IMG/VR virus record: IMGVR_UViG_3300049783_001441
Direction: 5' to 3' (one strand)
Source of the DNA: a virus
Lineage: Duplodnaviria > Heunggongvirae > Uroviricota > Caudoviricetes
DNA: 64,000 bases
The notes beneath the pieces are model-generated. The model was given only the letters and a program-made list of their open reading frames with translations. It was not told the origin of the DNA and did not search any database. Below are positions 54,914-64,000 of the stretch, piece after piece (the first letter of the stretch is position 1; each line of letters opens with the position of its first letter). The position numbers and the translations under genes were made by a program.

Positions 54914-55623
54914 TTCGGGGCTCCGGGCATAGCGTCAATGGCTCTCTGGCGAATCTTCACCCAGTCTTCGGGGGTCAAGACGCTGCCGGCCATGAGGTGG
55001 TCGGCCCAACACACGGCGTGGCGTGGGGTGTTACCCCAGTCGCGCTTAGGCTCGTCGTGCGTGGTCTTGTGGTGTGGGTACATGGCGGAGTCAATCAGAA
55101 ACTCCACGTGCTTGCTGGCGTGCCAGAGGTGCCAACCTTGCGTGTAGAACCGGAGCACTAGCCAACCCATGTGCGGGTTACACTTGCACCGTCGAGACCA
55201 GTAAGGCCCCTCTTTGGCCTCGCCGCTGCGGTAGTCCCACCGGTTACCCAGGTGACTGGTGATGAGGTCGGCGGCGTTGCCGGCGTCGTCTTCGTCCGCC
55301 GGACCGGCATTCAGCGGCTCGACAACCTCGGTGTCGGCGCGGTCGTGCGCCAAGTAACCCAGCGTGGACCCGGTACCGTCGCAAGGGTGGCACCCGAAGC
55401 CTTTGCATTCAGGGCAACGCGTGTCGGCGGCTTCGGTGAACGACACCGCCGGGTGCAAGGCCCGGACGGCGGCGCGAAAGGCCAGGGTGTTGCGCCCGTG
55501 CCGATCGCTATAGCGGCAGATAACCTCTGTTTCCGCGCCGCTAAGGGTGTAAGGTAACACCCAACACCGCTGCATTGCGGTTGCGATTTCCGGGGTAACC
55601 GGCGGGGGTGTGGGGTCAGTCAT
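54910..55623 (-). CDS. protein with DnaJ-type zinc finger (2x CxxCxGxG)
   Basis: CPECKGFGCHPCDGTGS. Confidence 0.45.
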   Translation of the reverse strand: MTDPTPPPVTPEIATAMQRCWVLPYTLSGAETEVICRYSDRHGRNTLAFRAAVRALHPAVSFTEAADTRCPECKGFGCHPCDGTGSTLGYLAHDRADTEVVEPLNAGPADEDDAGNAADLITSHLGNRWDYRSGEAKEGPYWSRRCKCNPHMGWLVLRFYTQGWHLWHASKHVEFLIDSAMYPHHKTTHDEPKRDWGNTPRHAVCWADHLMAGSVLTPEDWVKIRQRAIDAMPGAPK

Positions 55624-56207
55624 TACTTACTCTCCAGGGCGACAAGCGCCTCCAGTGCGGGCTGAATACACGGCACCCAGGTGGTTTCCCAGAAGTCTCG
55701 AAAGGTGGGGTCAGGCATGGTGCAGGTGTGCTCCCAGGGCGCGTCGAAGTCGGTGGTTTGCATCCACTCCTCGGACGAGTCGCACGATTCGAGCTTGTCC
55801 CACTCCTCGCGGGCGTCGGCTTTGCTCATTTCGCCGTCTTTGCGAAGCTCAATGATGAGTGCTTTCACGCCCGCCGCTGTGGCGTCGTAGTCGTCTTGCC
55901 GGGGCAGGTTGCACAGCTTCCCGTATGCGTAGCCCTGGTCAATATTGAGGCAGAACGCGGCGAGGCTGCGGGGTCCGCCCCGCGACCACCAACGGTACCG
56001 CCAGACGCCGAACTCGCCATGGACCACGAGCAGCCCGTTCTCGTGAAGCTCCAGGGTGAACCCGCACCCTCGGGTGTTCGTGCCGCGCACTTGCAGGTGA
56101 GTCGGCGGGGTGATCTCGAAGGAGCCCGCGTGCCCGAAGTTCCACCAACGCGGGTGGCGGCGAGGGTGCGGGGCGTCGTCGGGTACTGCGTCGTCGGCGC
56201 GGGTCAC
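55623..56207 (-). CDS. hypothetical protein
   Basis: 194 aa. Confidence 0.4.
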   Translation of the reverse strand: MTRADDAVPDDAPHPRRHPRWWNFGHAGSFEITPPTHLQVRGTNTRGCGFTLELHENGLLVVHGEFGVWRYRWWSRGGPRSLAAFCLNIDQGYAYGKLCNLPRQDDYDATAAGVKALIIELRKDGEMSKADAREEWDKLESCDSSEEWMQTTDFDAPWEHTCTMPDPTFRDFWETTWVPCIQPALEALVALESK

Positions 56208-57646
56208 TCTGGCACCATCGTGAAGTCGATTACCGGCGTTTTGCGGGTCGGTATGGCCAGAATGCTCTCGACGTGCCGGTCAAATGCCGCCTTGGAGGAG
56301 GCGCTTCTGCGCCAGTAGCGCAACCCCTCAACCACCGACTCACACGAAGGGCACGTCGGGAGGTTACTCGATTTCACGATGGAGCTAGAGTAAACCGTGC
56401 CGCACGCTACGGGCACCGCCACGGCTTGCACCCCTAGCGCGCAGATTCCCGGCACCACGATGTGCGCGAAGGCTTCGTCGTCGCTGGGAGACTCCACGAG
56501 TGAGCCGACCGCGTAACCGCTAGGCAGAGTAGCTAGCGGGGCGGGGCCGCGGGGCATCGGGGTTACCCGGCGCTCGTCTAGCCGGCGTTCAACTTCACGG
56601 GACTTGCGGTACAGCCCCACCGTGGACTGGTTGGCCAGATTCACGATGGCGCACGCCGCCTTCGCGTGGCCGTGGGTCGGGTCGGTGCCCGCGTCCATAG
56701 CCAGCAACGCCGTGATCTTGGTGGCGTGCAGCGCGCACCTAGACAGCACGACGGCCTCGCTCTGGGTGCCGGCGTCGTGGGTCTTCGCTGCCCACTCGGT
56801 GATGACCGCCAGGGCGGCGGGCGGTAAGGTCAGCGTCTCCACGGTAGCGGCGTGGGCTACGACGCGGCGCAAGGCTTCGCGGGCTCCACGTAAGCACACG
56901 ACCGCGCTGCTGGGGCTGGTGGTACCCGGACCAGGGCGCTCGGCCTCTCCGTAGACCCACAGGAACCGCCCTGCGAGCCCTTGCAGCCAAGCTACGTCGG
57001 ACAGGGAGCCTACCACCTGCTCGGGAGTCAGGCACACGGCCACCGACAACCGGGCAGAGGGCAGCAGGATTCGGTACCGCGCGCCGTTGGCCGTGTCGGA
57101 CAAGTCCGCTTCGTCGTACGCTGCCATGAAGAACGCGCGCCCTTCCCGACTGGCCGCCGCCGCCGCAAAGAACGCCTCACCTTCGTGGTAGACCGCGAGG
57201 GACTTCGCGGGGGCGGCCTGTGCTAATGCCCACTTCACCGCTTGGTAGGTCGCGGGGGTCCGCATCAGCCCGTGCGGGTTTATAACGGGGGCTTCAGGGT
57301 CTTCGTGCTCTGGCGGTGTGCTCTCCGCGGCTTTGGCATCGGCAACCAGCTTGCACATGGCGTCCATGGTGGACGACTTACGGGTAACCCCGGACGCCCC
57401 TACAAACGCGGTGTAGAGATGGAGCGCAGACGGGCCGTGCGGGGTTTCGACAATGGCCGAACCGCTGCACGACTCTAGCGCCTGTAGGGCGGCGAATAAC
57501 GGGAAAACCAAGGGTGCGTCGATACTGCGCTCGCTCAAGCGCAGGAATTGCGCGACGAACGAGTCAGCGGGGAGTAGCCGGGCAATGGCGCGCACCGCGG
57601 CGCCTGGGTTGAGTGGGTAGTCTAGGGTTACTGCTTCAGTGGTCAT
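56204..57646 (-). CDS. large hypothetical protein (481 aa), possibly replication-associated
   Basis: start MTTEAVTLD at 57646; contains the segment YTAFVGASGVTRKSSTMDAMCKL; no Walker A identified. Confidence 0.4.
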   Translation of the reverse strand: MTTEAVTLDYPLNPGAAVRAIARLLPADSFVAQFLRLSERSIDAPLVFPLFAALQALESCSGSAIVETPHGPSALHLYTAFVGASGVTRKSSTMDAMCKLVADAKAAESTPPEHEDPEAPVINPHGLMRTPATYQAVKWALAQAAPAKSLAVYHEGEAFFAAAAASREGRAFFMAAYDEADLSDTANGARYRILLPSARLSVAVCLTPEQVVGSLSDVAWLQGLAGRFLWVYGEAERPGPGTTSPSSAVVCLRGAREALRRVVAHAATVETLTLPPAALAVITEWAAKTHDAGTQSEAVVLSRCALHATKITALLAMDAGTDPTHGHAKAACAIVNLANQSTVGLYRKSREVERRLDERRVTPMPRGPAPLATLPSGYAVGSLVESPSDDEAFAHIVVPGICALGVQAVAVPVACGTVYSSSIVKSSNLPTCPSCESVVEGLRYWRRSASSKAAFDRHVESILAIPTRKTPVIDFTMVPE

Positions 57647-57648
57647 AG

Positions 57649-57918
57649 TTACTGTCCTCGGGAATGGTATTCGGCGACCTCGGCAGGGGTCCAGACGCGC
57701 AAGCGCCAACCCTCCCGACGCCGCAGCCGCAGCTTGTTGCGGAAGTTCTTTTGACTGTAGGCGCGGCCTTGCAGCTCGCACGCGAGGCCAAGCGCTACGC
57801 GGGGCGGCTTACACCCGATGGCGGCTTCCCACCACGAGCGGGGTAACCCGCACAGGTGCTCTTGGGCTCCGGTGATCACGCCGGCTCCATCGTAGGGGTT
57901 CATCAGAGGTCCGAGCAC
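57649..57918 (-). CDS. small hypothetical protein
   Basis: 89 aa. Confidence 0.35.
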   Translation of the reverse strand: MLGPLMNPYDGAGVITGAQEHLCGLPRSWWEAAIGCKPPRVALGLACELQGRAYSQKNFRNKLRLRRREGWRLRVWTPAEVAEYHSRGQ

Positions 57919-57991
57919 TCGGCTTGAGTCTGCGCAATGGCAGCGCGGCGGTCCGCGTCAATAACGCTGAAAAGTGAGGTACAGCGGGTCA

Positions 57992-58282
57992 TTACAGCAC
58001 CTCCAAGGCTTCGTAGAATGCGGTCCGGGGGCCGGGGCCGCAGTCGCAGCAAGCGCACGCAGAGGCTACGAACTCTTCAGGTTCGTAGTCGTCCGCCAGC
58101 ACGATGACGCCGTGAGTTGTTAGCTCGTTGATACCGGCGGTCATGGCTGCGTACTGCTTGTAGGTCACGTCGCCGGTGTCGCCGTTCGTGGCGAGCACGG
58201 TGCAGTCACGACAAACCCAAATCAGGGCGTGCGTCTCGGCTAGTAGCTGGGCCATGGTGATAACGGCAGCGGTCGCGGTCAT
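57992..58282 (-). CDS. small Cys-rich protein
   Basis: start MTATAAV at 58282 with CCGAGGACAACCCACC upstream; CRDC...CACCDC. Confidence 0.4.
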   Translation of the reverse strand: MTATAAVITMAQLLAETHALIWVCRDCTVLATNGDTGDVTYKQYAAMTAGINELTTHGVIVLADDYEPEEFVASACACCDCGPGPRTAFYEALEVL

Positions 58283-58400
58283 GGTGGGTTGTCCTCGGTG
58301 TGTCGCCGGTTGCTTCCGACACCAACACCATAAGCCGGCGTGAAGAGTGCGCAACACTGTTGTTTGCACGCCCCCCAAAACGGGGCTTGGCTCGGTGTTC

Positions 58401-59495
58401 TTAGTTGTGATCGGGCGCCTCCAACTCCACGACCCCCAACGTGGCAAGCTCGGCTTGCACCTCCTTAGACCAGTCACCCTCCGCCGCCTCTAGGAAGTAG
58501 AAAGGGGGTTTCCAGCCACCGGTGAGCAGCGCCCGGACTTGCTCTTTGGTCGCGGAGCCCTCGGCGTCTATGCGACCTTTGCGATCACGGACCACGAACA
58601 TAGTGTCGCGGTCGTGGGGGTTGCGCCCGCTGCGCTGCACTTTGCACCACCCGGCATCCTCCAAGTCGTGCGTGTGCATGCGGAGGTAGCTGTAGACCAG
58701 GGCGTCGTGTTCCCAGTACGCGCACCGGTAAACCTCGCCAGTAGGGGAGACCCAGGCGTTGTCGAGGCTCGTGTCAGTTACCCGCTGGCTCCAGTAGGCG
58801 TGTGTGGCGGTGAGGGTGTGGTCCAGCCAGTTGTCGTCCTGCACCCAGGCGTCTTGCAGCACCACGTGCGCGTCGGTCTGTGTTTGGTACGGGCGACCCC
58901 AACCGTGGAACCAGCAGTTGCGCCCGTCCCGTTTCCACGCTGCCCCTTTACCGGGCTCACGCTCCACAAGGCACCAACGCACCGGGGCGTCACCAGCGAA
59001 TGCGGCGGGTACTGGGCGGAACTCCCAGACCTCTTCGTTGCCGTCGCCTACCTCCATGCCGACGCAGTGTCGCCGACGCTCAAAGCCGGGCAAGTCCATA
59101 GCCGCGTTACCCGGTGCGCTGATATAAAGGAACGCGGACGCGGTCGCCTTCGCGTGCTTCACAGTGTCTGCGATCCACTGGGCACTATGGCAAGGGCGGG
59201 CGAACACGATGACGGCATCGGGCAGCTTCACAACGCCGTGCTTGGCGGTGTCGCCGTAGAGTAGGCGGGTTACCGCCGCCGGGTGCCGGGTAACGCCGGC
59301 TGCAATCTTGTCGTGCATGAGGTCGAGGCCGACCGCACCGGGGCACCCGTTCAGGATGAGCGCTTCGGTGAAGTTACCGTACCCGCAGCCGGCGTCGATG
59401 ATAGCTTTCGAGCCGTAGTTGGCGGCCATCCAAGCCAAGAACTCGGGTGCGGGGTTGAAGAACGGGGCGGGGCTGATGAAGGGCAGCAGGTCCAT
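58401..59495 (-). CDS. class I SAM-dependent methyltransferase
   Basis: motif I IIDAGCGYGNFT, acidic post-I GLDL. Confidence 0.55.
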   Translation of the reverse strand: MDLLPFISPAPFFNPAPEFLAWMAANYGSKAIIDAGCGYGNFTEALILNGCPGAVGLDLMHDKIAAGVTRHPAAVTRLLYGDTAKHGVVKLPDAVIVFARPCHSAQWIADTVKHAKATASAFLYISAPGNAAMDLPGFERRRHCVGMEVGDGNEEVWEFRPVPAAFAGDAPVRWCLVEREPGKGAAWKRDGRNCWFHGWGRPYQTQTDAHVVLQDAWVQDDNWLDHTLTATHAYWSQRVTDTSLDNAWVSPTGEVYRCAYWEHDALVYSYLRMHTHDLEDAGWCKVQRSGRNPHDRDTMFVVRDRKGRIDAEGSATKEQVRALLTGGWKPPFYFLEAAEGDWSKEVQAELATLGVVELEAPDHN

Positions 59496-59500
59496 GGCGG

Positions 59501-60088
59501 TTACTCCTTTGCAGCGGCGGCGGCAGTCTCACCAGCGGCCACTTCAGCGAGGCTGGCAGCGTAATCGAGACAGATGGTAGCCAACGCTAATGCGTCCACG
59601 TAGCGCAGGTTTGAGTCGGGCAGCGTGGCGGCGTGCATCTCGTCTAGGTCCAGGCCGACTACCATGAGCTGATCCCAGAACAGCGAGCGGTCGGCGTCTT
59701 CCCAGCCGCCGGGACGCTCCCACAACCCTAGCGCGTTGTGCAACGGCAGCGAATCCACCGTCAACGGCACAACCTCGGCCAGCCACCAAGCGCAGTGAAC
59801 TTGGCTCGTAGGGTCGGATAGGTCCACTTGGAGGCAATCCGGGTGGAAAGAGCGGCTGTAGTCCGCCGCAAAGGTGTCGCCGAGGTCGGCCCACACGCCG
59901 CAAGGGGCGACTACCCAGTTACCCGTTATGTCCGGGTCCGCGCCGACCACTACGCCGTAACCCGCGCGGTTCCGGGGTTGGTTGTCGCCGGCTACGCCGT
60001 CGCCGTGCCCCAGCACGCGGGTGCCAGAGCGCAGGATGCCGGCCAGCGGGCCGTTCGTGGTGAAGTTGGGTGGGTCAAGGTGTTGCAT
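59501..60088 (-). CDS. hypothetical protein
   Basis: 195 aa. Confidence 0.4.
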   Translation of the reverse strand: MQHLDPPNFTTNGPLAGILRSGTRVLGHGDGVAGDNQPRNRAGYGVVVGADPDITGNWVVAPCGVWADLGDTFAADYSRSFHPDCLQVDLSDPTSQVHCAWWLAEVVPLTVDSLPLHNALGLWERPGGWEDADRSLFWDQLMVVGLDLDEMHAATLPDSNLRYVDALALATICLDYAASLAEVAAGETAAAAAKE

Positions 60089-60407
60089 CGGATGCTCCAG
60101 AGGTTTCGTGAATGAGGGCGTAGAATGTCACGCGGGCGAGCCGCGCGGTGGGGTGAGCGTGGCGGGTAAGTCGGAGCATGGGCACCGCACCGGGGTCGCC
60201 GTCTGCGTAGAATATGGCGTCGGCGGCATGGGGCGTCCAACACGGCCCGAAGCTGGCGCCCGCACCCCGCAGGAACAACCCGTCGTCGCGGGTGAGGACC
60301 ACCCCAACCCGCGCGGTGAGCGTGCCGGGGCTGGGCAGGGCTCGGGCGCGGGCGCTGGTTTCGAGCGCACGTAGGGCCGTGGCGCGGATCAGGACGTAGT
60401 CGCTCAT
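60075..60407 (-). CDS. hypothetical protein
   Basis: 110 aa. Confidence 0.35.
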   Translation of the reverse strand: MSDYVLIRATALRALETSARARALPSPGTLTARVGVVLTRDDGLFLRGAGASFGPCWTPHAADAIFYADGDPGAVPMLRLTRHAHPTARLARVTFYALIHETSGASDATP

Positions 60408-60985
60408 GGGGTGGCCTCCAGGGTGTCGTGTGCGGCTTTCAGGTTTTCAATGTGGGTCAGGTTGGCGGCGACCCACTCCCAGGCGGCGACCAGTGCCCTC
60501 GCTTCCGCGAAGGCCCCGTTACCGGTGAACACGGGGGACGCTTGCTCGTCTGAATCGGCGGCATTGGGCTCTACCCGTAGCCACAAACCCAGCCGGAAAG
60601 ACCCGTTACCGGCTACAGGTACCGGCGGCGGGTAGCACCTCCGGGTAACCTCGTGCCAGTACAGCGCGTTACCCAGGTGAGCTACCAAGGCCCCGCAGAC
60701 CGCGCGGAGCGTGGCGGGGTCGGAGAGGTCGTGTAGAGCGTCGTGGCGCAGGGTTTCGCTGTTAGCCCTGACCCGGTCGTCGCCGTCCACAAAGCCGCCG
60801 GGGTAACAACCCAGGTCCGACGCGCGCTTAGGCCACGGGCCGGCTCCGAATGTCACCCGGATACCACTGCTATCGAGCATGACCCGCCACCAAGGGCACG
60901 GGGTAGCCTTGAGCCGGCGGGCCAGGGCGTCTAGCTCGGGGTTGGCGAGCCTCGGGGGTCCGGGTGTGCGGTAACTAACCGGCAT
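60404..60985 (-). CDS. hypothetical protein (weak Nudix-like segment)
   Basis: 193 aa; GGFVDGDDRVRANSETLRHDALHDL only loosely resembles a Nudix box. Confidence 0.4.
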   Translation of the reverse strand: MPVSYRTPGPPRLANPELDALARRLKATPCPWWRVMLDSSGIRVTFGAGPWPKRASDLGCYPGGFVDGDDRVRANSETLRHDALHDLSDPATLRAVCGALVAHLGNALYWHEVTRRCYPPPVPVAGNGSFRLGLWLRVEPNAADSDEQASPVFTGNGAFAEARALVAAWEWVAANLTHIENLKAAHDTLEATP

Positions 60986-61283
60986 GGGGTGCCTCTGGCG
61001 ACGGGGCGAACATGCCCCGGAACCACGCGTTCGGGCAGACCTCGTCGATGTACTCCACGGCGACCGCGTCCAAACTTACACGGAGGGCAACCAACATAAA
61101 AAGCGGGTAACCCCCAGAGTCCGCGCCCCAAGACGGCGACAGCGGCGCTGCGAGCGCGTGGCCCTTGAATCGCAGAGTGACTATCTGGGCTTCGGCATCC
61201 GAAAACCCCTTGCTTGCGAGGTAGTTAGTCACGTACTGTTCGAGGGTGGCGGGGGTGGCTGCGGGCAATGGGTAGGGGGTCAT
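60975..61283 (-). CDS. hypothetical protein
   Basis: 102 aa. Confidence 0.4.
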   Translation of the reverse strand: MTPYPLPAATPATLEQYVTNYLASKGFSDAEAQIVTLRFKGHALAAPLSPSWGADSGGYPLFMLVALRVSLDAVAVEYIDEVCPNAWFRGMFAPSPEAPHAG

Positions 61284-61377
61284 TCGGGCACCTTAGCGGT
61301 TGCGGGTTGGGGGGTAGCGGACGGCGCAATGGGCTGCACCGGCAGGGTCGGGTCGTCCGCGATAAGCGGGGCGAGCT

Positions 61378-61803
61378 TCAAGGGGTAAGGGGCGCTAATT
61401 GTGGGGTCTCCTTCAGGGTTTGCATCAATTCGTAGGCGTCGGCTGCTAGGCGGGTGTCCGCGCGCCACACGTCGTCTTTCCACAGGCACGACGACGCCGG
61501 CGTGCCGTCCGCGTAGTAGGTTTCTTCGGAGTACATTGTGCGGACCTCCGGCCCGTGGCAGTGCTCCAGCACCTCGCGGGCGGCGGCCACGAAGGGGTAG
61601 GCGTCGGCAAGCACGAACTTCGGCTTGCGCGCCCGGAAGGGCCACCCGCGGAAGGGCCAGAGTAGGAGTCGCCAGATCACGAGATTGACCGGGTGAGCCC
61701 GGTACCGCGCACGGTGTAGCGGAAGGTGCCGCGGGGTCCGACGGGCGCGCGGGTACAGGCGCGGCTCATTGGGGCTCACTGGCGTGCGTTTCGAGCGCGG
61801 CAA
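61378..61803 (-). CDS. hypothetical protein (frame ambiguity with the overlapping ORF 61280-61645)
   Basis: two long minus ORFs overlap in different frames here; see findings. Confidence 0.25.
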   Translation of the reverse strand: MPRSKRTPVSPNEPRLYPRARRTPRHLPLHRARYRAHPVNLVIWRLLLWPFRGWPFRARKPKFVLADAYPFVAAAREVLEHCHGPEVRTMYSEETYYADGTPASSCLWKDDVWRADTRLAADAYELMQTLKETPQLAPLTP

Positions 61804-62113
61804 CCCAGTCGGCGGTCATCTGGTAGTACAGAGCGGATAGCTCGCGGTACTCTTCGCGGTGCTCGGGCGCGGCGTCGGCGGCTGTACCTCGGTCTTCGGT
61901 GCGCTTCATGGTGGCGAACAGCGTGGAGAGCACGTCAGGCATGACCCGGCGGTACTCGTCGCTGCCGGGCTCGACCAGCTTCAGACTATTCACGTACCCG
62001 TCAGGGCAGGGCGAGGCGAACCACGTAGTGATCCCGTCAGCGAACTTTGCGAGGTAGACCGACGCGCCGCCGCCAATCGGGGGTGCTTCTCTTAGGGTCG
62101 TTGCACGGCTCAT
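61766..62113 (-). CDS. hypothetical protein
   Basis: start MSRATTL at 62113; the track ORF extends to 62293. Confidence 0.4.
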   Translation of the reverse strand: MSRATTLREAPPIGGGASVYLAKFADGITTWFASPCPDGYVNSLKLVEPGSDEYRRVMPDVLSTLFATMKRTEDRGTAADAAPEHREEYRELSALYYQMTADWVAALETHASEPQ

Positions 62114-62115
62114 GC

Positions 62116-62376
62116 TTACACCAAACCCGTGATGGCGAGAATCTGCGCTAGGCGTTCCTCTGCGTGGACGGTATCGTCCGCCGCGATACTCTGAATGCGG
62201 TCCAGCTTGTGACCCGCGTTTCCCAGCACCGCGCCAAGGTCGTCGATATGGTCCAGCGTGCCTCCGTACGTGCCGGTCATCAAGTTTCGCCACTGCTCGC
62301 GGGTCGCGGCGAATGGGCGGGGGTCGAATGCCCAGACTAGGGCTAGGGTGCGTTCGGCTTTCGGGGTGCGTGCCAT
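62116..62376 (-). CDS. hypothetical protein
   Basis: 86 aa; RBS CCGGAGGACACACCATG. Confidence 0.4.
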   Translation of the reverse strand: MARTPKAERTLALVWAFDPRPFAATREQWRNLMTGTYGGTLDHIDDLGAVLGNAGHKLDRIQSIAADDTVHAEERLAQILAITGLV

Positions 62377-62478
62377 GGTGTGTCCTCCGGTGTGGCTGCT
62401 AGGGGATTAACGGGGCGTGAGGACTTTGCAACTAAATAAGCTACGAAACCCCACGAATAACGGTCAAACGCCCACTAC

Positions 62479-63021
62479 TCACGCCCGCACCCCGCGCAAG
62501 CCCTTACCGCAGCAGGTCTTGCACCTGGTCTTGGTGCCTCGGGAGCCGCACCGACCACAGGTGAGTATGGGGCGGAGCTTGGTGGGCGGGTGTGCGCTGT
62601 CTAGGCTCTGGCGGTACAGCCGGGGCGACTCCGGGTACGTGGTCTTGTGCTCGATCATCTGAATCCGCGCCAGTTGGTGCGGGTCGGTAACCACGGGCTT
62701 CGGGTTACCCGCCTTGGACGGTCGAGTCAGGATGGTACCAGCCGTGTGCGAACCGCCGCCGGGCAGGGAGCGCCGGGGGATCGGGAACAGCGAGCCGCCC
62801 GGAATCTCTGGCCCCGCGTCAATCAGGTCGCGGCAAGTGTGGCAGTAGAACGCGGTCATTACCCGGTTGTAGTTGTGGGCGTCGGCGTAGTCGCTGCACG
62901 CGGTGGTGTTGCAGCGGAGGCCAACGCGCTCGTCTGGGTCGGTGGGTGCAGCAGGGGCGGGGTGGCTGGCGGGGACTACGGCCATGGCTCGCATCGCCGC
63001 CTGAAGGTATTTATTCGACAT
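62479..63021 (-). CDS. Cys-rich protein
   Basis: start MSNKYLQ at 63021; C-terminus LTCGRCGSRGTKTRCKTCCGKG. Confidence 0.4.
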   Translation of the reverse strand: MSNKYLQAAMRAMAVVPASHPAPAAPTDPDERVGLRCNTTACSDYADAHNYNRVMTAFYCHTCRDLIDAGPEIPGGSLFPIPRRSLPGGGSHTAGTILTRPSKAGNPKPVVTDPHQLARIQMIEHKTTYPESPRLYRQSLDSAHPPTKLRPILTCGRCGSRGTKTRCKTCCGKGLRGVRA

Positions 63022-63059
63022 CGTTACTGCCCTCGGTGGGGGTGTACGGGTGGGGTTAC

Positions 63060-63578
63060 TCATTGCGAGTCTCCGATCTGAACGTATAGCTTGATGCCGG
63101 GCTGTCCGAGTACGCCCGGACCAGCGTGGTCCGCCATGACCTCGACCACTTCCTCGGCACTCCATACCCACAACGAGCGCAGGTGATCGGCGTCCAAGGT
63201 GTGCTCATAGACGGCTACGGCGAACGGGGCGGCACCTAGCGTGAACTCGCACGCGTCCCACCATTCGGGGTTTTGGGTGCCGTACTCGGTCGCGGTGCGG
63301 CAAGCGTCACCCAGGGCCGGCTGGCCCCACACGACGAACGTGTTCGGTCGGTTGCCGGCGTATTGCTCGACTAGCTCCGCCCGGTCGATGCCCAGGGTGA
63401 CGGTGACGCCGCCGCTATCGGTGAGCGCTGCTGGGACCACCTCGGGATCCCAGGCTCCCAGGTCAGCGAGGTCGAGCGCTAGCGGGTCGGTGTCGGCGGT
63501 GTCGGCGGGTAACTCCTCGATGCAACCGATCGAGGTCATAGCGAAGGCGAGCGCCAAGAGGCGGATTTTAGTAGGCAT
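63060..63578 (-). CDS. lipoprotein
   Basis: ATG 63578 with GGAG RBS; MPTKIRLLALAFAMTSIGC lipobox. Confidence 0.45.
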   Translation of the reverse strand: MPTKIRLLALAFAMTSIGCIEELPADTADTDPLALDLADLGAWDPEVVPAALTDSGGVTVTLGIDRAELVEQYAGNRPNTFVVWGQPALGDACRTATEYGTQNPEWWDACEFTLGAAPFAVAVYEHTLDADHLRSLWVWSAEEVVEVMADHAGPGVLGQPGIKLYVQIGDSQ

Positions 63579-63642
63579 GGGGTAACTCCGAGTTGGCAAT
63601 TATGCCGGTTAAAGGGGCGAAGGGGCGAAACTAGGGGCGAAA

Positions 63643-63924
63643 CTAGAGGACTAGTAAAACGTCCAGCGGGTGACCAGGGAACCGCGAGCAATAGCCAAAC
63701 CGGTAAGTGGCCAGCGCGGTGGCCAGGGCGGCCACCGGCGGGCTTCCCAGCCCTTTCGTGTATCGCCGGTGTTGGGCGATGCTCCAGGGTTTCCCCAGCG
63801 CGGCTAGAACGTCGAGATCGGTGGCCGGTAACCCGGCGGCGACTAACGCCCCTTTGATGTACCGCAACACGCAGGCCGTGGTATGCAATTGCGGGATAGC
63901 GTAGGCGTAGGCGGGCCCGGTCAT
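63643..63924 (-). CDS. hypothetical protein
   Basis: 93 aa. Confidence 0.3.
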   Translation of the reverse strand: MTGPAYAYAIPQLHTTACVLRYIKGALVAAGLPATDLDVLAALGKPWSIAQHRRYTKGLGSPPVAALATALATYRFGYCSRFPGHPLDVLLVL

Positions 63925-64000
63925 ATCGCAGCTACCCGGCTTTCCACAGTGAGCGCGCTAAGGCCCAGGTAGATCCCGCCTGCCGCGTCCAAGTAGTAGC

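Noticed and set aside
1-64000. tRNA, rRNA and CRISPR search
   Set aside because: No cloverleaf-like GTTCGAATC T-loop motifs or regularly spaced repeats noticed in the intergenic regions. This cannot be excluded without tRNAscan

Overview
This 64-kb window is very high-GC (about 65-68%) and gene-dense, with many 4-nt ATGA/GTGA start-stop overlaps. It looks like part of a large virus-like or prophage-like mobile element from a high-GC bacterium, not core chromosome. Strand blocks in order: (i) 1-1896, minus: a fibre-like gene running off the left edge (102-aa tandem repeats) and a ~333-aa virion-type protein (paralogue A). (ii) 2210-6631, plus: a family-A DNA polymerase split into a 3'-5' exonuclease ORF and a polymerase ORF, a small tyrosine recombinase and an N6-adenine DNA methyltransferase. 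(iii) 6628-35567, one long minus-strand block. It holds a second copy of the virion protein (paralogue B) with its own Gly-rich fibre. Then come 11 consecutive genes for proteins ending in a single C-terminal transmembrane helix, among them a transglutaminase-like protease and a LAS/M15 metallopeptidase. After those sit a Lys/Ala-rich histone-H1-like protein, a 650-aa acidic low-complexity protein, a vWA protein and a MoxR AAA+ ATPase. The rest is about 20 small overlapping genes, including an SPFH lipoprotein and zinc-ribbon proteins. (iv) 35661-36805: a ~1.1-kb lower-GC non-coding control region packed with repeated operator-like motifs. (v) 36806-52188, mostly plus: a coiled-coil fibre-like protein and a lysis cassette (holin-like, DUF3380-type muramidase, membrane protein, patatin-like phospholipase), an XRE regulator, and a short embedded minus-strand block. 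(vi) 52442-63924, minus: HU, a GNAT on plus, a SAM methyltransferase, zinc-finger proteins, a lipoprotein and many unknown ORFs. I could not recognise a terminase, portal, tape-measure protein, tRNA or CRISPR array by eye. All calls rest on motif reading of the six-frame track and need HMM or structure searches to confirm.
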